Positions 10,911-24,018 of a stretch of 64,000 nucleotides of DNA are shown here, piece after piece. Source of the stretch: Eutreptiella sp. 'Long Island Sound 2002' (lineage: Eukaryota > Protista > Euglenida); the NCBI GenBank assembly GCA_964036045.1, contig OZ038378.1:58094001-58158000 (forward strand). The letters are read 5' to 3'. The notes beneath the pieces are model-generated. The model was given only the letters and a program-made list of their open reading frames with translations, ran no database searches and was not told the origin of the DNA. Each line of letters opens with the position of its first letter. Position 1 is the stretch's first letter. Position numbers and translations under genes: made by a program.

Positions 10911-13497
10911 TTTTATGAGTGTATGTGTTATGGACTTCCCCCACCCCACCCCCACTTTGGTGTCCCTTGGATGGGACACACGCATGAATTTTTTTGTTCT
11001 AGTTTTGTTCTAGGCTAGAATGTTCTAGCGACATTCTAGCGAACAAGCTAGATGGGCGCTAGGTCGGCGCTAGCACACTTTTTTTTGTTTTTGGTTTGGC
11101 CTCGGAAATGTGTTTTTCTGACATAAAAGATTTGGACCCCGTAGTATGCTACGGGGCCCCCAAGTTCCAACATTGATATCACCGAATTCCCCCACCCACG
11201 GGTTGGGGTAAACCCCGCTTTTTTTCCGTTGTAGCCCTCTAGCGCCATCTAGGCCAGAACGAAATTGGGTCTTCTAGTGTATTCCTAGGGCATCGGATCT
11301 AAAGCATGATCCCTTACTCGAGGATGCGCCGGAACTCTTGTCCAAAGACCATCACAAACCGTCATATGGTTGCACAAAATGTGGTATAACTGCCACACAT
11401 AATAAGGATAGAAGATGCAGCTGCACCGACACTACCTTATGTTCCATACCCTGCCTCCGCCCCGTACACTCGGCAACGGCAGCCGTGAACATCCTGCACA
11501 ATCTCACCCCCCTTCCGCCACTACCGAATACAGCAAATTTGGTCATCACCTCCCATGTACGCATCATCCACGGCTCCACACAACATAGGTTCGGACGGCA
11601 CAGTAGTACAACACACAATCCCACACCATAGGCACACACAGCACGCAGGAGGGAAGGAGTAGCACACCTACCTATTGGTGTCAATGTGTACTCACTTCTT
11701 CAAATTCAATAGATTTTAAAAAAAATCACGCCTACAAAAAGGAAATGGATACCCTCCCTAAGCTGAAGTACAACAAGCAAGGTAGCCCCAAAACCAAGAC
11801 CACAACATGGAAGCGGGCGGGGGGGGGGGTGGATAGCTCAACCTTCAGGGGGTGCTTGTGTGGTGCTTGTGTTTCCCCTCTTACCACACCCTCCCCACCC
11901 TTGACATCTTATGTTGTGTGTTGTGTTGTGTGTATGTGTATGCCAAATTGTGTGTCCGGGGGGGGGGGGGGCACATATGCATAGGCATGCAGCAAGTCTA
12001 GTAAGGGGCACAGTGAATAACCCAAGTGGGGCGGTGGGCAAGGGAGGAGGGATGGTGACAAGGGGGGGGGGCGTGTACACTAGAAAATGCCACACCGTAG
12101 GCACACACAGCAGGGAGGTGGGAAGGAGTAACACACATACCTCTTGGTGTTTATGTGTACGCACCTCTTCAGATTCAACAAGTGCAAAAAAGAAGCATGC
12201 CATCAAGGTGGTATGCTTTGTCCCCCCTCCTCCCAGTTTATGGAATCGCCCCTCCGCCCTGTGTGCAGTGGTACCTGGCTTGTTGGTTCGTTGGCTTGGT
12301 CTTCGGGTTGCTTGGTTGGTTGTTGTTTGATTGGTTTGTAGCCTGCTGAGTTCGGCTGCCTGGTTGGTGGTAGGTAGGTTGTTTGGTTGGTTGGTTGGTT
12401 GGTTGGTTGGTTGGTTGGTTGGTTGGTTGTTGGCTCGTTGCTGGGGTGCACTTGTGTGTGCACAGGTGCTGTAGAACGCCAAGTGTTGGGTGGGATGTAT
12501 GTGTGTGTGTTGCTTGGTCACATGCTGTGTGGTCTTGTTGCATAGTGTGTCTGTGCGGAAGCATGTTTGTGCAGCCATTGCAAAGGTTTACGGGGGGGCA
12601 GTGCACATTTCATTTTGGCGTTCCCGCGGCGTTCTAGCGGCGCTACTTGGCTTGCTACAGCGCCGCTAGAGCAGCTCGCTAGAACGCTGCTAGAATGCCA
12701 AAACAAAATGTGTCGAGCCCCACCAAAGGCCTTTGCAATGGCTGCACATGCATGCTTACACACAAACACACTATGCAACGACCCCACACATCATGTGTCC
12801 AGTCAAAATGCACACATACACCCCAGCAACTAGCCAACAACAACCCAACCATCCACCAATCCAACCAACCAACCAACAAACAAACGTGCCAAACTCAAGT
12901 GCCCGCGAGCCAATGAACCACCAACCAACCAATCAACCCCACAAACCAACAGCCAACAAAGGAATGCTGCAAGTTGCAATGCACGTAGGGGGGGGGGGGG
13001 GGGTATCCATAGCCTGGAGGCGGGGGGACAAAGCATACTACAGGTAAACAGACACCGCCCGGTAAAGGAAATTGATATCATCCATAACCTTAAGCACAAC
13101 AAGCAAGGTAGCGCAAGAACCAAGACCACAACATGCAAGCGGGGGGGGGGGGCTGATAGCTCAACACCCAAGGGGTGTTTGTGCGGAGCTTGTGTGTGGC
13201 CTCTTACCACTCCCTCTCCACCCTTGACATCTTATGTTGTGTGTTGTGTTGTGTGTATGCCTATGCCAACCTTTGTGTGTGTGTGTGGTGGTGGTGGGGG
13301 GGGCACATATGTGTATGCATGCCTCAAGTCTAGTGGTTTTTATGAGTGTATGTGTCATGGACCTGCCCCCCTGCCCAACTGATTTGTTATTGGTGTTCTA
13401 CGAATTCTACCTGTCTAGGGTAGAACAAATGGTGTTCTAGGCAGAACGCTGTAGCGCGTTCCGGGCTAGAACGAAATCAGGTTTTGTAGCGTGTTCC
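10911..13497. repeat. Composite insertion with CTAG-rich motif clusters, direct repeats and a central inverted repeat
   Basis: Direct repeats 11744-12003 ~ 13070-13333 and 10911-10945 ~ 13337-13370. Inverted arms ~12350-12625 and ~12690-12900. CTAGAAC/CTAGCG clusters at ~11000-11075, 11235-11290, 12630-12695 and 13395-13497. Confidence 0.65.
12384..12428. repeat. (GGTT)n microsatellite
   Basis: Pure tetranucleotide run. Confidence 0.95.
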
Positions 13498-15879
13498 TAC
13501 GTGAACAGTTGTTGGACCAATTTTGCAGCTCGGTGAGTACGCTGGAGACCGTTTGTCTGTTCGATGTTCTTTTTTTCGGGAGACTATCAAGGATTGCTAT
13601 ACAGAGGGCGGCCCAGGAGGTGGCTTCGCGGGGGAGTATGACGGGTAGTCATTTGTGCCCCCTGCAGCACTCCTCGGGCCGCACGAATGGACATCGAGGA
13701 GCCTGTTACCTTCGATTCGGGCAGTTCTTCGTGATTGTCAGGGGCTGCTTTGTCTGCCCTAGGTGGCTGCTGGTTGGGAAGTGCGTTCTGCACGATGGGA
13801 ACCTCGAGGGCTGAGCCGGAAGAGCCTGAGTACTGTAGACATGAGGAAAGTATGACGGCCTGGGATGAGTTGATGAGATCGCTTGAGAGGTTAGGGTAGG
13901 CATGTGCAGCATCGGGTTGTGCATTGGATATTGGTAAGGGGGCATCATAGGAGGTAGCATAGGCATCATAATTGGTTGTAGCGTCATGGGTTGCGTGGGT
14001 GTCTGAATATCCGCGAGCGTTGAAGGAGGCGGTGGGTGGGGCATCGGTTGAGCCGTATTCTCTATCCTCCTCCTCTTGGCTGAATTGAGGGGCTCGTAGG
14101 GTTGACCTTTCATGTGCTTCAAGTGGATACCCATGAACTTGATGTCCCGGATTGGGATCCATGCTGTGTCTTTTCCTTCGGACACTACATACCAGTTTGC
14201 AGGGTTGACGTTGTTGATGAGCCAGAAGTTCATTTTCACAGCGCTGCGAGATAGGCCTGTGTTTGGGCCACATCTTTGATGGATCGCTTCCTCCGGGTTC
14301 TTTAATGGTGCATGTTTCGGCGTAGTGAGCATGAGCGTCAACCGTAGACCTTGCGCCTGCATTTCCCTTTCCGTTCTGTGCCGGTGGGGCTTGTGGTACA
14401 GGGAAGGGCAAGAGTGAGGTTTTGTGCTCTTGCGGTCTCTAGTGGAGGTACTAAGATTGATTGGTTTGAGGTGTTCATTTGGGTTGACGGTAGGCGATGT
14501 TTGTGAGGGGAGGTGCATTGGGGGTGGTGTTCAGCGATGTGTAGCTGTAGATGGTGTTCTGGTGTTTGTAGCTGTGTTTGAGTTGCTGTGGGTGGTTGAC
14601 TGGGCATGGGAGCATTCACTTCTTCTGCCAGCACCCATTGATTGATCAAGTCCGGGGTTTTGGTGAATGACTGGGCTCCGAGGGATTTGACTTCTTCTCT
14701 GACGATGCGAAATTTTTCAGGACCCGGGGTGGTTGTCAGGTTGCGGATGAATGCATTACACCATTGCGCCGCGTTCTGTACTGAGATGAGGTTGAGGCGG
14801 GGGCTTTCGTCGGAGTGCGGAAGAGAGGGTGGTGGCCGACATGGCCCGATTTTGCCTCCTTCAGTATTGATTGCCACATGGATCGACATGAGTTCGCCCA
14901 ATTGTTTCTCGGCATGCCGAGTGCCTTGGTTGCCGTGCGACAGCATGTATTTCAACGAGTCTTGGAGGGCCTTGGATGCAGCAATTATATCCGTTGTGAG
15001 GGCGCACACGTCTGCCTTGAGTAGCGTGCCTATCTGTCTCCCTTGGTTTACTTGGACTAAGAAATTCTGGGCTTTGGCTCCAGCCTTGATCTAGTGGAAT
15101 CTCATTGTCCGGCAGCCAGCTGGCAGTCACAGTCGTCGAGTTCGTTGCACTTGTTAGCAATTTGTCGTACGATCTCTTCATGTTGAGCATAGGAGTTGAT
15201 TGGGTGGGGATGATGTGGCTGAAGCGGCGAGATCGGTTGGTACGGCGGGGTTCCTTGGGGGAGGGATGCGAGGAGGTAGAGTGTGGTGCCCACTGTGCCG
15301 GTCGGGACTGACGGGTTCAGGATGTTGGACCATGAGATGCAAGTCTTCGGTGGGGAACGTGGGAGGAAACGAGTGCGAGAGGAGCAGAGGGGTCCGTGAA
15401 GGCGAACGGTTTCTGTTTGTAGTAGTGTAGTCCGGAGATGCGCGGGCATCGTTGAATCGGCTGAATGTGGGGTGGACACACTTGGTTTTACTGTCATTCT
15501 GGCGATAGCAACAGATGCTTTGAGTGAGTGGTCCAGCATCGCTTGATTGTTCGGTTTGCTTGCATGAAATTATGGGTATGGGATGCGGTGTTCCAAATCA
15601 TCGTGCGGAACCCCTAGTTGGAGCACAATTTCTAGAACACCCGTCAAGCCCTATTTCTGGTGCAACCACCCAACAAAACGGATTCGGCACCCTCATAAAC
15701 CCCCCATCCCATCTCGTTTCCCAAGGTATCCTCATTATGGCGGTGGTTTTCGAAGGGGGGGGGGGGGGCAAGGTACACTTTTGAGTTAGAGCAGAATTAG
15801 AGCACCTTGCATTAACTAGTTAGAGCACAGTTAGAGCACTAGTTATCACGCGATAACTCAGTTATCGCGTAGTTATCGC

Positions 15880-17439
15880 GGTTAGTTATCGCGCACCCCA
15901 CCCCCACTCCTCAGTGGAACAAACAACGCAAAACACTTGGCACAAAGCATTGTTTGTGTTTCTTCACACAAAGTCAGGAATGTTTGAGGCCTTCTCTGCC
16001 TCAAGTCCCAAAAGCCCTTGCTCACGGGCCGGCACACTCCTGCAATGGTGCATATGTTACACCGACAAAATTCGTGTCACCAAAGACCAACCCTGGAAGC
16101 AATTTTTGAGCCCTCTCTTGTAACTGTAACGTGTAAGGCCCATGTTTGTATTTTGTGGGGATGGAGGATAATTGAAAAATGTTTCTCCACTTCTTCGCAA
16201 AAAAAGTAGAATGTGCCAAGCACCAGTGAATCCCCCTAGTCGGGGACCAACGTGAATCTCCCCAAGCTTTGGAAAAATTTGTGGTAACCACACGATGGTG
16301 TTCCGATGGAATATAGTGTAAACACCCGTCACCCTCCAAAGGTCATACAAACCCTCAATGCATTTTACCATGACATGCACCACAACCCACAATGGAGGTC
16401 CACTAGGGGTCCTCACTAAGGGGACATGCTCTTTCAGGCAATCCACAAATTTGTCTTTGGAAGGGGGGGGGGTTTGAGGAACGCTTTGGTGCTCGTAAGA
16501 TCAAAGTCGTTTTCCTTCACCCTTGAGGCCCAGGGGCGACGTTCCCTCGTAGGAATGCCGGAGGTCTCATCCCTGAGTGCCCGTTTGAAGGCGTGCTAAG
16601 CTACAATAGCCGCACCCATTGTTTGCATCCCTTTTCCATCCCCAGGCAAAATAACAATGCAAGTCAAAAATTGGTTTTGACATTGTAGGATTGCCTCCTC
16701 CACATCCTTCACCTCTTGATGGTGGTTTGCGAAGACATCAATGCTTCTTAAAAAAGCTTGTTCATCCCCCCCATCCATGCAAAACCATGAGGACCATAGC
16801 TTCACTTTGGATGCAAACTTCAACCCCCCCCCCCCCCCGTACATTGACCCGTACATCTACACAGTTCGAGGATGCCTTCCAACGGGAAGTTGCCAACGGA
16901 GAAATTACCACAAGGGCAACGCCGCTATGGGGGGGGGTCGCAATAACTCGACCCATGCAAAGTACAAAATTGACAATCGATTGTAAAGGGACATGGGCCG
17001 CTGCCCTATTGCGGCCCGTGGAGGACTTTACAATAGTTGCTTGGGGAAAGTATCGCATTACCCTTTCCCAAACGGTCCTTAGGTCCGGTTGGGTACAAGG
17101 TCGTGGCATCGGCAAAACAACCCGCTAAAAATGCATGCGACATGCCATGCGTAGCATGCTCAAGGCCTCATGCTCAGCTGCAAGTGCAAGATGCCCACCA
17201 AGTGGGGAAGAGAGGGCAGTGGAGGTCCCACCACTTAAACAAATTTCTCCCTTTGTGTTGGTGACACATATGAAGTTGAGATCAGCCAGAAGAACTCGAA
17301 CCAACATCTGAAGCGCCGTGAGCTGCCGCCGGCGGGCCTTGGGGGATTGCAACTCTGTGTAGCGCTACATGTAAACTTGGTATACAACACTTAGGGCATC
17401 ATTCATAGAAGTTTCCATGCGGAACAAGATGCTGTGCAT
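15880..17439 (-). pseudogene. Transposase remnant, copy 2 (CxxC/HxxxR block deleted)
   Basis: ILPGDGKGMQTMG is retained. The sequence then jumps at a TAGC microhomology (~16607-16610) to the downstream region. Confidence 0.55.
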
Positions 17440-17685
17440 GGGAAATGAGGGATGGATGTGATGCAGGTGCCCAAAAAACACACACGTTAACCCACACGAG
17501 AACTCGTGCTCTAACTAGGTATCGTGCGCTAATCCTTGTGATGATCCCCGCGATAGCTTAGTTAGAGCGCGATAACCCCCAGCGATAACTAGTCAGAGCA
17601 CCCAGTTAGAGCGCCATAACTGCCGCGATAAGCAGTTAGAGCATGGGTTAGTGCGCACTAGCTAGAGGGTTTAGTGCGCCCTAGG

Positions 17686-19494
17686 CTACTTGAAACCGAG
17701 GTGAACAAGCTGCTGCCGCCACATAGCCGTGCAATGAGGCAACCCACTTGCACTGTGGAAGATCACATTCCACCGCTCACCCTCCCATGGCAAAGGAGAA
17801 TGTAGTGCCCGGGTATTGAACAACACTGGGACTTGTGGTGAGGCGTTGCATGCTCAACCCACACCTTGAGATCCTTGTGCACACGCGCGTGCCGCTTTTT
17901 GTCTCTAAGGGAGGGATTCAACAGACCACCACTCTCCACCCAAAAATCTCCCTCCCCGAAAGAACCCCCCCACACACACAATCGGCGCCGTGGGCATCCC
18001 ATCACGCAAACGGCCGTGAAGGCCCATGGCGACACTCCCTTGCGTACACACCATCCGGATGCTACACCATGTGAATCATGGTGGGGCATTCACATTGCAG
18101 TACTCATTGAGGTGTGCAACCAAGGGGGCGGTGGGGAGGTCTCAAGGGAGCAGCAGCCACCTTGGGGGTCCTAAAATTAGAGGGGTGGGGGGTCCAGCTT
18201 CCCACTAGGCCCAAGTGGCACATGTCCACTTGGGCCCCATATGTTTGATCCCCCCAGAAAATCCCCTTAGGCACCCCCCTTGACCAAATCGAGGAGTCAT
18301 TCACTGGCACTCTTGCTGCTAGCGGTACCGTGACCTTGAACCCCTTCCTGAGCGCGAAATGTGGCACTGAGGGTGGACGGCAGGCCACCCACCTGTGCCT
18401 TGGCCACGCCTAGCCGGTGCATGAGGTCTTCCTTGGCCTTCCGCAACGTCTCCACCTCCACCCTCAACCCTTCCGCCTCCATTTTGGCCTTTTGCCGCCC
18501 CTCGATTGCTTCCTTTAGGTCATCCCTCAACCCGTGGATCGCCACCCGACTCTTGTGCACCACTTCGAGGCCACGGTCAAGGGCAGGGTGTGTGTTGCCT
18601 TGTTGCTCATCCACCTTCGAAAGCTGCGACTTGCTTTCGGCATGCCCTCCCTTGGTCAGTGCTGTTCCACCCTTGCGACGGCAGCTTGCTCAACAAGAGT
18701 TTGGCAAGCGTCCGTCGCGTGGTTGGCCACAGTGTGGGCCAAGGCCCCCACATCAAGGGTGGTGGGAGGGGGGGCTGGGCCTGCACCGTGGGCACCTTCG
18801 CTAGTTTGGGGGAAGGGGTGACTAACCTAACCCAAAGGGGGAGGCCTCACCCTCCTCCACCACCACCACCTCCTCCTCCTTGGCACTTCTTTTCGTGGGC
18901 CTCACCCCCTTGGGGCGGTAGGCTAGCACCCACAATGCCGTGGCATGGCGGACACTTTGGGGGGGGGGGGGGTACTCCCCCCAGCTAGAGGATGTCCGAC
19001 CCCCGCTGCAGCAGCTTGTGCCACACCTCCCGCCCTGCTGAATTCCCCTTGTCTTCCGACACAAAGCACAACCGGCGGAGGAAGTAGCTCATCCTTTGGG
19101 GGGGGGGGTCGGACATACCAAAGAGGCACAAGGAGGCGGCGAGCGTCTCCCCCTCCGGCAACTTTGGCTAGTTGGCCAGGGGCTTCCCCCCGCGCACACA
19201 AACGTAGGAGGGGTGGGTGAGGTTGGTCTTCCTCTTCACGTCCCCCTCTTTTTCCAAGATGGTTGCCTTGTGGTACCATCATGTACCTCCCTGCCGGCAC
19301 GCCTCATCCCCCGGCTCCCCCCACCACCAGGCTGCCCCCTCCGGCAGCTTCTTGATCTCCTACATCTGCAGCTCCGTCCGGGCCGCCACCCGCTTGCCTG
19401 CCCGTACTCGTCGTGCTCGAGCTGCTCCCGTTGCTGCTGCGGCGGCTACCTCGGCCACGTCCTTGGAGAACAGGCGCGGCAGCTGGGGGTTCAT
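17686..19494 (-). pseudogene. Cargo gene Y copy 2 (TET/JBP-like dioxygenase at C-terminus)
   Basis: Starts MNPQLPRLFSKDV after a motif cluster and pyrimidine tract. The C-terminal domain carries a GDFWVE strand and VPVLFNTRALHSPLPW-E-G-E-R-W-N-V-I-F. Stop at 17686-17688. Confidence 0.6.
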
Positions 19495-19545
19495 GTCCCA
19501 TGGGCGAAGAAGGAATGCGCCAAAAAACAAAAAAAACCACGCGAT

Positions 19546-19643
19546 AACTCGCACAATAACCCGCGCGATAACTTGTTAGAGCACCCAGCGAGAGCGCAAC
19601 AACTACCGCAATCACTAGTTAGAGCAGGAGTCAGTGTGCACTA
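19546..19643. promoter_or_regulatory. Intergenic GCGATAAC/TTAGAGC motif cluster between genes X and Y (absent from copy 1)
   Basis: cgcgataacttgttagagcacccag...ctagttagagcag..tcagtgtgcacta aligns with 2024-2095. Confidence 0.55.
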
Positions 19644-21744
19644 TTCACACCTGGTGAAAGGGGCACATTCTTTGCCCGCTTCCTTCTTGGGGTCATCCGG
19701 CACGAGGTTCATCTGCTGCAGCCACACGAAGTCCGTCACGGCGCATACTCCTCGACTTGCCTCGAGTCCACCACCGGTGCCAACCCCCCCAGCTCCGGGG
19801 GGACCCGGGCCACTCCCCCATACATTCCCCTCCTCAGCATCAATATGGTGCCCGCCGGCACCTTAATTCCAACATGATCGTGCAAGCCGTGCCACGGCAC
19901 TCCCGCCCCATGGCACACCTTGGCTAGGGGGTACCGGTCAGGATGGCCTGCCACCCCCCACCCCCCCGGCCCCTCCACAAAAAACGCCCGGTGCTTGTCC
20001 CCACCGGGAGCAAGCATTGAGCACATTGCTCAATGCTGACCCCATTCGGGTCCCCGCGCCCACCTCCCCCTCGGGCCCCTCCACGTCCTCCCCCCCCTTG
20101 CACGGCACACAATACCCATCTTTATGTGCCGCACACGAACCCGCCCGGCGCCCGGCCGCACCTCTAGCACTTGGCTACGACCTTCCCCCTGCACCTAACC
20201 CCCCCCCCCCTTGACACGTGAGCGCCTTGGCACCCAGGCCTTCATGCGACCCCTTGTGGGGTCGCTTGATGGCCGAGGTGACATGGAGGTTGGGGAACCT
20301 CAGGTTATGGCCTTGGATTAGCTCAATCGCAAAAAATTCCATGAGGCGGGACCGGACACACCGCTAGGCGAGGGCTTTGGAATGCCGGACCCTCGGTGAA
20401 CATCAAGGGCATTGAAAAAAAACGCAGTGCCCTTTCTGAATGGCACAACCCTTCCCATCCAAGGGTCAAGTGACCCGAAGGTGATTGAGGGGACGAAGAG
20501 AAAATGTGAGCCAGCCTCGGCCTCATGATTATGCATCAGAATAATTAATCATTTAACAATCTATGTGCCATTAGGCACATTCTGTGTGGGGCGGGGGGGC
20601 ACCGCGATACAGGTGCTGCGGGATGTGGTCAGAGCTCGAGATTTCGGCCACGTCCGGCACCATGCAGCTCCACCCAACCCCTCCCACCGGCCCCTTCTTC
20701 GTCGTGTGTCTGACACGATGTGCGATTCTTTTTTATCACCGGCACATCGTGCAATTTACGGGGGTTGTGCTTGTAGTGGTGGCGGCCCCCATAGTTGCCA
20801 TAAATAGTGCGACGGGTGCGTGCATCCTTGGGCCTGGCCACAACGGGGGGGTTACCGTTGAAAATGAACACCTTCTCTGTGAATGGCACCCTCGCAAGCT
20901 CTTCCAACAAAATCTCGCGGTGCACTTGACTCAAAAATTCATGCTTGAGCAAGTGGTTCAGCACGAACGTGTCTGCAATGGTCACCACGATATCGTTTGG
21001 ATCCCGATTAAAGGACCCGTTGGGCTCCGCCATATCCATTTTTTCGGCCTCCCCAATAAGGGGAGTTGTTGACCCCAAAGGAAAAAAAAATCACCTCTTG
21101 CCCTAAGATAATCTTTGGTGACTCCATACTACTCACGCTCCCCCTCCCTTGTGTCGCACAGGGAGTGAATAGGGAGCTTGGTTTCTGGGTGTTCAGTGTA
21201 GACAAGGCGGGTGTTGCGGCTGAAGGGTTGGGGAAACCAATCATCCGTCTTCCCCTTCCCCTTACGCGGTCTAATTCTTGCGTTTTGCACACTAATCATG
21301 AGGGGGTGGTGGGGCTTGCCCTTCCCCCTCCCCCCCCCACCTCCTCCTCCCCTGGCTCCTCCCCTTCGTCCTCCTCCTCCTCCTCCTGAACCTGATAGAG
21401 GCTCGTCTTTGTCCCCACACCCTTTTCGGCGTGGGCCGTGACGGACTCCACCACCACCTCCATGTCTTGGGGATGCAGCTGGATCAAAAATTCATCATCC
21501 CCTCAATTGATCTCCCACAACTCAAAAAATGTAGCCACTGAGAACCAGGGGGTCCTTGTTTTCGACCATGAAAGAGGGACTTATGGATGATCAGTCCAAA
21601 GTCCACACCCTTCTCAAAATGACTAGCTACGGGGCGCCTCACCGAGGTGTCACCCATCGTAAGCCCCTCGCGTCTGCGAAGGCGATTAATCCCAACAAGC
21701 TTTTGATGGTGCTTGCACCAAGCATCAGTAGCGGCAAGGGCCAT
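19631..21744 (-). pseudogene. Cargo gene X copy 2 (2OG-Fe(II) oxygenase-like)
   Basis: FIFNGNPPVVARPKD..YGNYGG..; WSCMVPDV..SDHIPQHL; EAEAGSHFLFVP; VPFRKGTAFFFNALDVHRGSGIP; ends ..KECALSPGVNSAH* at 19631-19633. Confidence 0.45.
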
Positions 21745-23946
21745 ACTAAAGAATGTCAGACCTAAGACGAAGAGGGGAAACATGGAACAAGAGCAAACGA
21801 ATCGTGATAACCTCTGCGATAACTCGTGCGATAACTAGTTTGCGCGCGATAACTACCGCGATCACCCACTCGATAGCTGAGTTATCGCGCGATAACCCCC
21901 ACGATAAGTAGTGCACGAACCCCGTTCTAACTAATTAGAGCACAAAAAGACCACATCGCCAAAAGTGCAAAACGGGCAATATTGAGCAAAAGAGACATGC
22001 AAGGCACATTGTTGCATCATAGTGCACCCATGTAACACATAAGACTCCGGGTTCCAACCATATCAACAACCCCTAAAAGTGGGGGGGTTCCGCACTAAGC
22101 CTTAGAGCGGCAGATCATGTACCATTGGGGGCTGAGGCTGTTATTCGTGGCCCCATGCGGCATACCACTCCACACCAGGAATTGACCCATCAGCAAGTGT
22201 CATTGAAGGAGTAGTCCCTCGGACAGTTCCACTCGGCATCGATGATCTGCATGAGGGTTTTCTTGTCTCTTGACGCAAGGCTTTCGAATGTTTCTGGTGC
22301 ATTTGTGAGTTGTATGTGAGTCGCGCTTCCTTGAATGAGTTCTCCGATTTTTTCGTCTCGTTTGTTTGTGATGAATTCTCGCATGTGGGTGGTGAGGTTT
22401 TTGATGGAGAGCCAGAGGTATTTGGGGTAGTCCGTGTTCAGTAGGTGGACATCAGGTCGTTGGATCGAGGACGTCATCAGTGAAGGGACCATCGTGAAGC
22501 TGGGGACCAGGGTGTTGGTCAAGGGAATGTCCGCAACATCTACTCTCGACGGCCAGTGGGTGACCAGTGGTCGGGGGTTGGGAGAATGCCCACAAATGCC
22601 ATGGAAATAGCCCACAATGGCTGGGACGATGGCGGCCCTCTTGAGGGTTGGTGAGAGATCGGCGAAGTCGTCGGGTTGCATTCTTGGATGGATTCGATAA
22701 GCAGAGTTGTGTACACGGTATTGCTGAGAGAGGAACTGGCATACTTCAGTGGACTCCGGGGTTCTGGCCTGGCAGTTCTGACTTTTTGTTGGTTGATGAT
22801 CGTTTCAGATCATTTGTGGCCAGGGACTTGCGGAATGAGATGCATGAGGTAGATTCTTGGTTACTCCACTGTTTTGGTTGGATTGCATGTGATGCTGATT
22901 GATCACCTCATATGTGATTGATAACCATGGTCACCATGTGCACTATTGGCTAATGTCATTTTAGCATTGCGGAGTTTCTTCTTTCTTTGGTTTGGGGGAT
23001 TGTGGCCGACTGATTGCATATTGGAGGGGCTCCTGCAAAGGACGTTATTGTTGTTGTGTCTTGGTGATCGCCCAGATAGGGCAGAGATGACCATATTTTT
23101 GACAGGTTGTGCGGGGCATTGCTCGGGAGAAGGACCTATGTAGTTTGCATTCTGACACGGGAAGCGAGAGCAAGTTGCCCACAACTGGCGCCGCACCAAT
23201 TCTGTGGGGCTTTCATTTCGGCAGTGGGTTCAGGTATGCATTAAGGGGAGGTTTGTGCTGACTTGATGATGGATGCTGCTTTCCATTGAGTGTGACCCCA
23301 GTGGCACGGACATTGAGAATGGAGGGTTTGCAATGTTCTATAGTTCTTTCTTCCTTTAGGGTGATTGGAGTCAACTGTTTGCATGCCAGCGGGTGTCCTG
23401 TTGAGGACATCATTGTTCCTATGTTTGAGTGTGCGCTAAGATAGGGCAAGAATAACCATATTTTAAGTTCGTTGGTCATGTTTGTTTTCAGCGGGGCATC
23501 TGTTTCGAGGGGGGATCTATGTTGTACAAGTTTAGATGAGAGCAGGGGGAGCTGGTTACTCACAGCTAGCGCTGTTCCGGCTCCATTAGACTTTCATTGG
23601 GGCCGGGGAAGTATGCATGGAGAGGAGGTGTGTGCATTCTGATGGCTGACATGATTATCAGTATGCTAGAGTGAGCACCGAGGATGGGCATAGAAGACCA
23701 TACTTCTGGTTGGTTGTTGGTTTTGGCTTTCACTGGGAGCTTCGTTAGGAGGACGGATGTATATTGTCCGAATTTAGTCACCGTAAGAGAGAGTAGGTTG
23801 CCCAGAGCTGGTGATGTTGTAGTTCTGTTGGGCATTCATTTGGGCTCATGGTTCAAGTACGCTTAATGAGAGCATCATTGCTTTCTGATGGCTACCACTA
23901 TTCATGGCGGTGAGCTGCGTGCTGCTAGTGCTGACATGTTCTGTTC

Positions 23947-24018
23947 CCCTAACCCTAACCCTTATTATGACCCTAGCCATAACTTTGACCCTGACCCCGA
24001 CCCTAGCCCTAATCTTGA
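23947..24018. repeat. Degenerate interstitial telomere-like (CCCTAA)n tract
   Basis: ccctaa ccctaa ccctta ttatga ccctag ccataa ctttga ccctga ccccga ccctag ccctaa; strict 6-bp phase. Confidence 0.65.

Larger units (their letters stand above)
6110..15750 (-). mobile_element. Decayed non-LTR retrotransposon (LINE): ORF1-like region, APE endonuclease, RT; interrupted and internally inverted
   Basis: APE motifs INCGSLEKKL..DAACLQETW..GGGLIILVH (~10150-10360). RT catalytic LLEIVYSDDGKG (YSDD at 8279-8290). The RT N-terminal half is on the opposite strand (8446-9250). ORF1-like frames at 13587-15539 are split from ORF2 by a 2.6-kb insertion. Confidence 0.7.
15776..21967 (-). mobile_element. Cargo-carrying DNA transposon, copy 2
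   Basis: Collinear with 20-6102 and has the same CACTTTTG...CAAAAGTG ends. It lacks 218 bp of the transposase (copy 1 831-1048) and retains 280 bp (19475-19754) missing from copy 1. Confidence 0.75.
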
